This document shows positions 8,663 to 17,900 of a stretch of DNA of 52,497 bases, in pieces; position 1 is the first letter of the stretch, and each line of letters starts with the position of its first letter. Both the position numbers and the translations under genes were made by a program. The notes below the pieces were generated by a model. That model was not told the DNA's origin, ran no database searches, and saw nothing but the letters and a program-made list of their open reading frames with translations. This DNA is from Candidatus Poseidoniales archaeon (GTDB lineage Archaea; Thermoplasmatota; Poseidoniia; Poseidoniales; Poseidoniaceae): positions 1 through 52,497 of the forward strand of contig JACETE010000002.1 of the NCBI GenBank assembly GCA_013911465.1. The letters are read 5' to 3'.

Positions 8663-9607
8663 GTGAGCACGATGTCAACCCGAAAGAGCACCTTTGCCGT
8701 TCTATTGATTTACGTCGCATCTTTGTTGCTTGTAGCAGTACCTGCACAAGCACAGACGCCGATTCCGACTGCAGCCGTATCCATAACCTGTCAACCTGCT
8801 GAAATCAAGGTCGATGTAAAACCTGGTTCGACGTTGGTTGGTTTCACAACCTGTACTGCTTCGAACCCGACATCTTACATTGAGAAGGTCGCCCTTTCAG
8901 TCACGTCAGATGGTTTGGCAGCAGCAGCGCCAGGTGACATTTACGTCGGCCCAGGTAGCGAAGAAGATTTCCAAGTTGTTGTCCGTGCTCAACCCTTCAT
9001 GACAATGCAAGCACGCACGCTCAAAGTCGAAGGCACGGTCCAAGAGATCAGTGGCCTGCCACCCGCCAACGTCGCTACCTCTGGCGCTTCGATGATTGTG
9101 TCAATCACACAGTTCGCCCTACTCCAAGTTGAAGCTGTCGAGCCCTTCGTTCAATTGATGCCAAAGACTGACAAAGACTTTGAGTTCAAGGTATACAATC
9201 TCGGAAACCAATACGACTTCATGAACGTTGGAATCTCAGAAAATTCTCGTGAATCTCTCGAAGATGCAGGTTTCAATATTAACATCCCAATCAGCAAGGT
9301 CAATGTCGAGCCAATGGTTGCTCCATCCAAGGTCCGAATACAGGTTCGTACACCAAAGACCCAAGGCTGGACAGATGCGTATCATACATTGGACTTTTAT
9401 GCTGAATCTGACTTCTCGTGCAAGAACGGTGGCTGTGATCGTGAATCCCAGATGATTACTATCTACGTCCGTGGTATCTACCTCCCAGGCTTCGAAATCA
9501 TCCCTGCCCTGTCGATGGTCGCTTTGGCCGCAGCAGTCGCAGGACGACGATTTGTCAATGCCGAAGATGAAGAGGAAGAGTGGCGTGAAGCCGCCCCCGG
9601 TCTGTAA
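8663..9607 (+). CDS. Secreted surface protein with a signal peptide and a PGF-CTERM-like C-terminal anchor followed by an acidic tail
   Basis: 314 aa. Signal peptide FAVLLIYVASLLLVAVPAQAQT. The C-terminus is LPGFEIIPALSMVALAAAVAGRRF followed by VNAEDEEEEWREAAPGL. Confidence 0.8.
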   Translation: MSTMSTRKSTFAVLLIYVASLLLVAVPAQAQTPIPTAAVSITCQPAEIKVDVKPGSTLVGFTTCTASNPTSYIEKVALSVTSDGLAAAAPGDIYVGPGSEEDFQVVVRAQPFMTMQARTLKVEGTVQEISGLPPANVATSGASMIVSITQFALLQVEAVEPFVQLMPKTDKDFEFKVYNLGNQYDFMNVGISENSRESLEDAGFNINIPISKVNVEPMVAPSKVRIQVRTPKTQGWTDAYHTLDFYAESDFSCKNGGCDRESQMITIYVRGIYLPGFEIIPALSMVALAAAVAGRRFVNAEDEEEEWREAAPGL

Positions 9608-9687
9608 CTCGCAAATTGATTGAAATCCCTTCCCTGGCGGGGTTGGGTTCATAACCTATCCATGCGAGGGTTCTATGAGTTGAGAAT

Positions 9688-10965
9688 ATGAGTGGACTCT
9701 TGAGTAAGGCTACTGCAGCAGAAGACGCAACACAACAAGAACCAGTTGAGCAGGAATCGAAGCCTGGAGCCGGTCTACTTGCTCAATCCAGTGATGGCCC
9801 GGATATCCCGGCTATTCTAACATCCATTGGTTGGGCAGTGATTGTCGTCGGCGGACTTCTTTCACTCCAAGGCGGATTTTGGGGCTTGATTGTTGTTCTC
9901 GTTGTCCTCGTCATTGGTCTAGGTGCGCTTTATGCTGGCCAACATATGTCAGAAGGAGGAGTTGAACCAATGCGGATGAGTGGTGCTGCTGCCCTTGCCG
10001 TTCTTCTTGCCCTTGGCCCTTACGGTGTTTCAATGCTTATGCCAGAGAGCTCATTTGGAATAGCAGATGTGGAACTCAAAGAGGATTCAAATGAACTCTC
10101 ATTCCGTGTGATTGGATCTGCATCGGAAGTTGATGCTATCGTTACAGCAAATGGAGACACCATGTGGAGCGAAACTAAGTCTCTCTCGCAGGATTCAGCT
10201 AGGTTTAATGTTCCCCTGGAGGATATATTCATCGGCAATGCATGGGCATGTGGCGTTTCCGCCTGTGACGTGAGCACAACACAAATCGAATATATGATCG
10301 AGGTAACCTCGGGAGATGTTACGCAAAGTACTGAAATTAATCCTGAATTCATGACCAGAGAAGTCAAGGATTCCGGTGTCCGAATAACCCCCATCATCAG
10401 TCAAGAGTCGACTGGGGACAATAACAATCCTGGCAATGATAAACAGGTTGAGGGAATTCTCGTCGAGATGAAAGCCGGGCTTTTGCCTAGTGCGCACGCT
10501 CATGAAGACTCTGGATGGCATTCGAGCACTGGTGGAATTTGGGTTGAATCTGATTATACACTTGAACTCCTCATAACGAAAGGTGGTTCTGTCGTTTATG
10601 ACAGCACGGATTGTTCGAATCCATCTAAAAAAGGGTTCCCAACTATCGATGTGAACGGAGTAGACGGCATCTCATGCAAAGGCGATTCAGGTGTTACCAT
10701 CAATGGCTGGTTTGCTATGCCTGGGGATGCAAATGATGATGCTCGTGGCGAGTATCTTAGCCTTGATGCAATGAATTACGATGAAGACGGTTGCTATACA
10801 TTTGAAGTTCGTATTCACAACACGTTCTACGCAGAAATGAACACCGAAGACACTACATCAGACGGGACGATTATCGATACCGATGTAGCATGGGAATTGG
10901 ATTTTGAAAATTACAACAATAACGAAGACTCGCAAAAGCCAGATCCTAGCATGGAAACATGTTGA
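9688..10965 (+). CDS. Hypothetical membrane protein (acidic N-terminus, about 3 TM helices, Cys-containing extracellular domain)
   Basis: 425-aa ORF. TM segments include ILTSIGWAVIVVGGLLSL, LIVVLVVLVIGLGALYAG and AAALAVLLALGPYGVSML. I recognised no family motif. Confidence 0.7.
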   Translation: MSGLLSKATAAEDATQQEPVEQESKPGAGLLAQSSDGPDIPAILTSIGWAVIVVGGLLSLQGGFWGLIVVLVVLVIGLGALYAGQHMSEGGVEPMRMSGAAALAVLLALGPYGVSMLMPESSFGIADVELKEDSNELSFRVIGSASEVDAIVTANGDTMWSETKSLSQDSARFNVPLEDIFIGNAWACGVSACDVSTTQIEYMIEVTSGDVTQSTEINPEFMTREVKDSGVRITPIISQESTGDNNNPGNDKQVEGILVEMKAGLLPSAHAHEDSGWHSSTGGIWVESDYTLELLITKGGSVVYDSTDCSNPSKKGFPTIDVNGVDGISCKGDSGVTINGWFAMPGDANDDARGEYLSLDAMNYDEDGCYTFEVRIHNTFYAEMNTEDTTSDGTIIDTDVAWELDFENYNNNEDSQKPDPSMETC

Positions 10966-10968
10966 AGA

Positions 10969-10974
10969 TTTTTT
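10969..10974 (+). terminator. T6 run in the 12-nt gap between convergent genes (possible archaeal oligo-T terminator for the plus-strand gene)
   Basis: TTTTTT lies 4 nt after the TGA at 10963..10965. Confidence 0.3.
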
Positions 10975-10977
10975 GAA

Positions 10978-12732
10978 TTAGTCACTTGCTACGATAGATT
11001 CCCCATCTGCGTCAAGCCATTCTTCTTTATCCTCTGATTCGTTTGCTGTTTCTGATTGATTTGAGTCATCAATTTCAGGATGGGTTTCCTCTGCAACGTA
11101 ATCCTTTGTGACCTCTTTACCCGCTCGTACTGCGATAACTGCAGCAAAGATGACCACCATTAGTATAATTGCACCATAAAGAACGATTGGCAATTCATCA
11201 ACTTCTTCAGCAGTTGTGAATGAAACTTCTCCTGATGTTGTTCCGGTCTCACTGGCGATGAGGTAGCTGACTGGATCGAGAATATCTGGATAGAGGAACT
11301 TGCAAGTCAATTGAACCGCTCCATCTTCTTGATGATACCATGTGACCGGTACATCTTTTGTTTCTCCGGGCTCGACCGCCCAGTTCGCTGTGGTGATGGA
11401 TGGGATTTGTGCTTCAACACCATCGACATAGCAACGGACGTTTGGATCTACTGCAACGGTGCCTGTGTTGGAGATGGTGACCATGACTCCATGCGATTTT
11501 CCTGTGTTTGCAGTTACTGCTTCTGGCTCAACCTTGTCGATGCTGAGTTGTGGATACACAACGTCAATGTTTGCACTTGCGGTTCGAGGTGCAACAGTGT
11601 CCACAACAAAGTCACCCCAGTTCGTTTCAACAGTGACCTTGATTGACCCAGATTCTTGTCCATATATTCCATCCCCATCAAGCCATTCAACAATGCGCTT
11701 ATGCTCATTGGTGCCTATGTTTACTGTCCAAGTACTCGAATCGTTAAGTTCTCCATAAATAACGGTGTTAATCGTAGCTCCACTGTATCCGATTCCAGTG
11801 CCCAAAACAGTGGCGACGGGTGCATTTACAATCAATTCGCGTTTCGAAAGCAGCCTGATCCAAGAATCTGTATATCCTCCTGTGCCGCTCGAGTTTGTAT
11901 ACTCGATAGATGCTTGATCATGTAGAATAATGTCTTCATCGGTTCGGGACCCGAGCATAGTTGATTCGACGAACTCTAGGCTTGAACCATCCGCAACATG
12001 GATTGGTCCACTCCCGTAAAGGTCTGAGTTTTCAATTGAACAAGGCCCTGTACATGCAATATCTGCTGCCATGATGGTGGAATGATTCATAATAAGTGTT
12101 CCATGATTCGCTATGCTAAATGTTGCTTGATTCCAAAAAACAAATCCTCCAGTCTGAGCAAGTTCAGCTGCTTTCAGCATCATGAATTCCGCATTTGAAT
12201 GGAACAGTTCGATGTGCGTTATGCCCAACTGGAATGGATAATAATGGTCGACAACGATGTTGACTTCTTGGGATAAATCAACTGTGAAGGTTGCACTTTC
12301 TCCAGTGATCTCATTGGTTGTTGTGCCGTCGATGGTGAGGTTGAGATGTGCCTCTTGTGGAACATCGATGTTGAAGAAGATCCTCATGGTAGCGGATGTG
12401 TCATCGATGTCTTCATCGATACCAATCTCTGTACCATCATATAGCACGAGCGTTGATGCGGCATTCTCAGTTTGAATGTTAGCCGAATCAAAATGGAGTG
12501 TACCACCTTCTTCGACAGTTATTTGAGCATCTTGCTCGATCATAATGTCTCCGCTCCAGTGCAAAGACCCTCCCTCTTTGACGATTATTTCTCCATCAAA
12601 TGTTCCGTCGTTCCATACCACCGTATCAGTTATGTTGACAGTATCTCCTTGAGTCGGTGGCGAGGCTAGAACTGGGCCACAGAGTGCAAGGGGTGTAATC
12701 ATGAGGATGGCTAGAAAGAAAGCAATGCGCAT
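10978..12732 (-). CDS. Secreted, C-terminally TM-anchored surface protein with a CARDB-like Ig domain and an acidic cytoplasmic tail
   Basis: 584 aa. Signal peptide MRIAFFLAILMITPLALCGPVLA. CARDB-like stretch GVMVTISNTGTVAVDPNVRCYVDG...EPGETKDVPVTW. TM segment LPIVLYGAIILMVVIFAAVIAV. Tail ...ESEDKEEWLDADGESIVASD. Confidence 0.8.
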   Translation of the reverse strand: MRIAFFLAILMITPLALCGPVLASPPTQGDTVNITDTVVWNDGTFDGEIIVKEGGSLHWSGDIMIEQDAQITVEEGGTLHFDSANIQTENAASTLVLYDGTEIGIDEDIDDTSATMRIFFNIDVPQEAHLNLTIDGTTTNEITGESATFTVDLSQEVNIVVDHYYPFQLGITHIELFHSNAEFMMLKAAELAQTGGFVFWNQATFSIANHGTLIMNHSTIMAADIACTGPCSIENSDLYGSGPIHVADGSSLEFVESTMLGSRTDEDIILHDQASIEYTNSSGTGGYTDSWIRLLSKRELIVNAPVATVLGTGIGYSGATINTVIYGELNDSSTWTVNIGTNEHKRIVEWLDGDGIYGQESGSIKVTVETNWGDFVVDTVAPRTASANIDVVYPQLSIDKVEPEAVTANTGKSHGVMVTISNTGTVAVDPNVRCYVDGVEAQIPSITTANWAVEPGETKDVPVTWYHQEDGAVQLTCKFLYPDILDPVSYLIASETGTTSGEVSFTTAEEVDELPIVLYGAIILMVVIFAAVIAVRAGKEVTKDYVAEETHPEIDDSNQSETANESEDKEEWLDADGESIVASD

Positions 12733-12772
12733 GACACTCCCAACGAGAGGTCAACCATGAATCCTTCTCCGA

Positions 12773-13435
12773 TTAGTACGGCACGTCTTTCCAACCAATC
12801 GCGTATCCAATTAAGTTGAATGAGCGGTGGAGAATTGGTGTAATAACGATGATAATGGCCATTGGAAGAAGCAATTCATTGGAAGCAAGAAGTGAAGATC
12901 CCAAGAAAAGTTGACCCCACAAAAAGACCATGATGGCGAAGGGTAGTGTGTCCAACAAAGGGGCTTTGGAAGAAACCTCACCTTCTCGCTTGAGTCCACG
13001 TCGTCGCTTGAAGAATGAGCCGGTCATATCTCCCAATAAACACGCAAATCCAAGAAACACTCCGAGAATGTAAGCGGAGAGATATGTGCCTCCAACGGAA
13101 AACCAAGCATCTTCTGAGCCGATCAAGGGAGAGACAAAAACAGTCGCTTCGTCAAACGTCGTGCCAACGATTGCAACTTGGAGCATACAAAGCAACCCTG
13201 CAGTTAGCGAACCTCCAATCAGACCGTTCCATGTCTTCCCATCTCCGAGCATCCGATTTCCATCTTTCATCACACGCCCTCCATCGATTGGCCACGGGCC
13301 ATACCCCGTTTTTGGTAGCCACTTGCCCCACATCATTGCGAAGGTGTTGGCAATAAATCCTGGAAGGTACAGCCACAATGTCATCAAAGCGAGGAAAATG
13401 AGGCCCATGTCAGTTGCAGCACTTACGTTGCTCAT
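12773..13435 (-). CDS. carS: CDP-archaeol synthase (CDP-2,3-bis-O-geranylgeranyl-sn-glycerol synthase, DUF46 family)
   Basis: Motifs WPIDGGRVMKDGNRMLGDGKTWNGLIGG and GDMTGSFFKRRRGLKREGEVSSKAPLLDTLPF match the CarS signature. The track start (13489) is a TTG. ATG 13435 (MSNVSAATDMG) or ATG 13408 (MGLIFLAL) is more plausible, so the exact start is uncertain. Confidence 0.8.
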   Translation of the reverse strand: MSNVSAATDMGLIFLALMTLWLYLPGFIANTFAMMWGKWLPKTGYGPWPIDGGRVMKDGNRMLGDGKTWNGLIGGSLTAGLLCMLQVAIVGTTFDEATVFVSPLIGSEDAWFSVGGTYLSAYILGVFLGFACLLGDMTGSFFKRRRGLKREGEVSSKAPLLDTLPFAIMVFLWGQLFLGSSLLASNELLLPMAIIIVITPILHRSFNLIGYAIGWKDVPY

Positions 13436-13526
13436 GAGAGAATCTGAGACTACCAAGCACATGAAGCCTATTGTCCTCTGAGGGGTCAATCGGTTGAATT
13501 ATCAGCCCGACGCTCTAGGGCAAACT

Positions 13527-14789
13527 ATGGGTCGTAGTGTCCTCGTTGTCGGAGGCGGAGGACGAGAGCATGCCTTGTGTCTTGCTCTCTCCCAATCAAA
13601 TTCAATCACTGAAATTCATACCACTCCAGGAAATGCTGGAACTGTTCGTTTCGGATTCAATCATAATGTGAGCGCTTCTGATATTGATGGGCTCGTCAGT
13701 TTGGCAAGAGACTTAGACATCGATTTTGTTGTTGTAGGTCCCGAAGCACCGTTGTGCGATGGGCTGTCTGACAAGTTAATATCAATTGGAATTCCTTGCT
13801 TTGGACCACAGCAGTTGCATGCAGAACTCGAAGGGTCCAAATTGTTTGCAAAAAAAGCGATGAATGCGGCAGGTGTGCCTACTGCAGAATTCGATCTTAT
13901 CGATTCTTCTTCGGACATCAACAAGATACTCGACTCCCGTTCTCATGAACCATGGGTCATCAAGCGAGATGTACTTGCAGGTGGAAAAGGCGTTGTTGTC
14001 ACATCCGATCGAGATGAGGCAAGAGAATTCATTCTTCAATCGATAGAGACGGATGGGCATGTCCTGTTGGAACGATTCTTACCTGGTGAAGAAGCAAGTA
14101 TGCTTGTCGTAATGGATCAATCAGGATACGTTTGTTTGCCTCCCAGTCAAGACCACAAACGAGCTTTTGATGGCGATAAGGGTCCAAACACCGGTGGTAT
14201 GGGAGCATATTGCCCAGCTCCAGTTGTGACCCAAGAAATCCATTCGAAAGTTACTGAACGCATTGTTGGGCCGATGTATGACTATCTTTCATCCATGACA
14301 ATTCCCTATCGAGGGGTGCTTTACGTTGGATTGATGATCGATGAGCAAGGGGATCCCTATGTCGTCGAATTCAATGTACGGTTTGGTGATCCAGAGTGCC
14401 AAGTAACATTGCCATTGATCAAAAGTGACGTAGGTGAACTCCTGTACAGTGCAGCGACTGATACGCTCAACCAAACGACTTGGACCTTCAGGAATCTTCA
14501 CTCGCTCACAGTTGTACTCGCTTCGGAGGGTTATCCTCAATCTGCAATCAAAGGACGCTCTATTCAAGGTGCTGAGCATGCACTTGATACGCCTGAGGCG
14601 TGGGTGTCTCATGCCGGAACGACTGTGGATGAATCAGGAATGCTTGTTTCATCAGGTGGTCGAGTGTTGTCCGTCACTTCAGTAGCACAATCCTTGCAAG
14701 AAGCACGGGAACTGTCATACCATCGAATTCAACAAATATCTCTCGAAGGCTCTCACCACAGAACTGATATTGGACATCGTGCGCTTTGA
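13527..14789 (+). CDS. purD: Phosphoribosylamine--glycine ligase (GAR synthetase)
   Basis: MGRSVLVVGGGGREHAL, VVVGPEAPL, KRDVLAGGKGVVV, GDKGPNTGGMGAY, EFNVRFGDPE and GGRVLSV are classic PurD / ATP-grasp motifs. The track ORF starts at TTG 13494; the ATG at 13527 fits the family N-terminus. Confidence 0.95.
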   Translation: MGRSVLVVGGGGREHALCLALSQSNSITEIHTTPGNAGTVRFGFNHNVSASDIDGLVSLARDLDIDFVVVGPEAPLCDGLSDKLISIGIPCFGPQQLHAELEGSKLFAKKAMNAAGVPTAEFDLIDSSSDINKILDSRSHEPWVIKRDVLAGGKGVVVTSDRDEAREFILQSIETDGHVLLERFLPGEEASMLVVMDQSGYVCLPPSQDHKRAFDGDKGPNTGGMGAYCPAPVVTQEIHSKVTERIVGPMYDYLSSMTIPYRGVLYVGLMIDEQGDPYVVEFNVRFGDPECQVTLPLIKSDVGELLYSAATDTLNQTTWTFRNLHSLTVVLASEGYPQSAIKGRSIQGAEHALDTPEAWVSHAGTTVDESGMLVSSGGRVLSVTSVAQSLQEARELSYHRIQQISLEGSHHRTDIGHRAL

Positions 14790-14913
14790 ACCATAAATTT
14801 AGATGACGTCACTCGATTTTCCCTCCTCCTTCATCGTCATTGTTAAAAGAGGGTCGAAAGTGGGCAAAACGCTCCAGCCTTGCTGCTGTCGAGCAATCCT
14901 CTGAGGGAAAAAA

Positions 14914-17900
14914 ATGGAAAAGGTATCAAAGACCTCGCAACGCCCTGTTTTTGGATGGCTTATTGCCCCATTAGCAGTACTGATTGCAATACTAGCAAAC
15001 TATGTCGACGGCCTCATGTCGATCGACGTTGAACTGAACAGTGATGCGGTGACACCATTCATCGTCACCGGTGTGGCCGGCCTACTCGCCGTTACACCAC
15101 GCATCCTCCGTGAACTAGGAACCCTTCCAGAGTCTGTATCGCAAACACAAATCTCCCTCGCCATGTTTGTCCTCGCTCTTGTTGGGTCAGGAGTTGCTGA
15201 ATCTCAAATCTCTGGGTTTGTTGGATTCACCTTCTTCGTGGTTCTCTTCGGCGCATATCTTCTCGATACTCGTGAGCGCTACGAATGGATGACAATGCTC
15301 GTATTTGCGGGAGTTGGTGTCCATTCAGCATTCGATATTACGGCTGCTGCCGCTGCAGATTCGTACTTGCCAAGCATGTACGAATTCTCTGAGGGACAAT
15401 CCTATGACGTCTCAACGTTCCAGGAAACAGCACTTGGATTTGTTTTCTTTACATGGTTCACAGTGTTCCCGATTCTCGGTTTGTTGATCGGTGTCGTTGG
15501 TCGTGGTGTTCTCAACCCCGCAGGTGACAAAGGCTGGTTCTCCTTCAACACAGTTGAAAGCGGATGGAACCGTCAAGCACTTCCATTGCAAATTGCCTTG
15601 TTTGTTTGGGCAGCTGCCCATCTTGCCACAATCTGGCATTTTGATCAAGGCTCCATTGCAGACCGTCTTCGATTAGGTGGCCTAGGTGGTGTGGAAGCCA
15701 ATGGATTTGTTGGCTACTACACAGCACTCCTGACGGGAATCCTCGCCATCATCGTATCTGGAATGGTCGCAGAACGCTGGTTTACACGTGCCATGACCTT
15801 GAGTTCGTTGTGGACACTTTACCTCATTGGTACTTGGTACGAAGAAGGATTCTGGACCAACGAGACCTTTGCAGAGTCTTGGGCTCCGTTAATTTGGTTG
15901 GCAATCACGTTCTTCGTCGGTGTCGCAATCTCGATGATTGGAAATCACGAAAAGTACGGTGGCTGGTCAAACAGAGAAGAACACCGTCCGAGTGGCGCTC
16001 GCCAATTCTGGAATGCTCACTGGGCAAGTCTTCTCACAATGGTTGCCTTCTTAGTTGGTTTTGTCATCCGAATTCAATGGTATGCAGTTCCTTCCATGCA
16101 CGCTCTCGGAACCGATGGTTTCGATATGACTGGTGGTTCTGACCCTTGGTACATGAAGCGTGTCGTTGACTACATCCTTGCTCAGAATGCTCACCTTGTC
16201 ATGGACGCAGATCGATTCTATCCAATCGGTGGAGCAAACCCACGTCCTCCTTTGTTTTCCTGGTCGTTGGCTATTGGTGCTATGATTCTTCAACCATTCC
16301 TCGGTGATGATGCTGTATGGTGGAGCATGCTTGCTCTTCCTGCAATTTATGGTGCACTCACCATCTTGCCAGTTGCCGCTATTGCCAAAGATCACTTCGG
16401 AAAGGCTGCAGGTGTCATCGCTGCTTGGTTGATTGCATTCATGCCTGCTCACGTAACCCATTCAACATGGGGACTTGCTGACCACGATTCGTTCGTCATG
16501 CTGTTCATTGCGATTGGATTCATGTTCTATCTGCGAGCCGTTCGCTATGCTGGTTCAGAACGTTTGGTTCGAACCACATCGATTCGCCCGCTCCACATGA
16601 TTCGTGCAATGAGTGCTGTTGCGCAAGAGCGCAAGTATGCTATGTCAAATGCTGTTTTGGCAGGTGTAGCATTTGCTGCTGCAAGCCTTGGATGGAAGGG
16701 ATTCGTAGTCGGACCAGCAATTCTGTTCCTCGCCTATGCTGCACAAGTTGCTATCAACATGTTCCGTCGTCGAGACTCAACAATTCTGAGTACGCTCTTC
16801 TTGACCATGCTGATGACCAACTTCCTCATCGCACTACCATTCTACGCTCATCCGCAGTTGAACCTCATGCTTGATGGAACAGGTTTGCAACCGTTCCTAT
16901 TCATCCTCTTGTTCACCATTGTCATCATGTACATCACCACTGGTTTCCGTGACAAGCCATGGTTGCTCGTCCTTGGTACACTCGCAGTAGGTGCTGCCGT
17001 ATTCCTTGCTTCGCTGTATGTCTTGAAACTCACCAACCTAAGCAACGCTTGGGACGTATTGTTCACCGGTGGTGGCTACTTCACCAAGACGAAGATTTTC
17101 GGTACTGTTGCTGAAGCAAATGCTCCCGATCGTGGATACATGTTTGCAAGTTTCGGACCAATCGTGTTCGTGTTTGCATTGGTCGTAGGATTGACCTCGT
17201 TGTGGAGAGCCTTTAGCCAACGAAGTCAAATTTCGCTTGTCTTTGCAGTGTGGATTTTTACTGCCACATACATGTCTTGGACCGCAGCTCGTTTCCTCTT
17301 CAACGCAACACCAGTTGTCGCCGTTATGGGTGCTGCTGGAATTGTAGGATTCTGGAAGTGGGCGAATTGGGAAGGTCTCGTTCGCAACTGGCGTCGGGCT
17401 GGAATTCGTACTCCTTCGGAGCGAATTGCAGGTGCACGTCGTGCAGTATGGCGAATGCCATCCTTCTCTGCAGTTGTTCTCGTTCTGATCATGCTATCTG
17501 GGCAACAACTCACCTATGGGTTGGACTCAGCCATTCCAAGCAACTCTCCTGCTGAAGGTGACTTGGATGAATCGATTTACTACACGATACCAGACATCAT
17601 GCGCTGGGACGGACTCGGATTCTCTGTTCTCGACAGTCGTGACTACGAAGCCTTTGGAGGCCGTGCATACATGGGCTCATTCGGTAGTGGTTTCAATGGA
17701 CAGTCATGGAACGATGCCCATCAATGGTTATCACAACAAGACGTCTATCACGAAGGTGTAACAGACAAAGCATCCTGTGATGGGGAAGATGGAATTTGGG
17801 ATTCAGGTGAGAGCCTCTGTGAAATGAAATTCGGAGATAAGCCTGCTTTCGTCTCATGGTGGGACTACGGTTTCCAAGCCCTCAACACCGGTCAGCACCC

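Noticed and set aside
8576-9632. The 10-mer AAATCCCTTC from the tRNA T-arm/3' region (8576..8585) recurs at 9623..9632, just after the 8663..9607 gene. It could be read as an att-site duplication bracketing a 1-kb tRNA-targeted insertion.
   Set aside because: Only 10 nt match, and the flanks diverge immediately (AGGCCCA versus CCTGGCG). My rough chance estimate for any tRNA 10-mer recurring within about 1 kb is several percent. No integrase or other mobile-element gene is present. I treat it as coincidence unless a longer alignment or a comparative empty site shows otherwise.
14804-14811. A perfect 8-bp palindrome TGACGTCA between purD and aglB, with nearby CCCTCCTCC / AGAGGG strings that could pair.
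   Set aside because: There is only a single short palindrome, and the putative hairpin has a 5-6-bp stem with a loop of more than 20 nt. That is not enough for a regulatory or terminator call.
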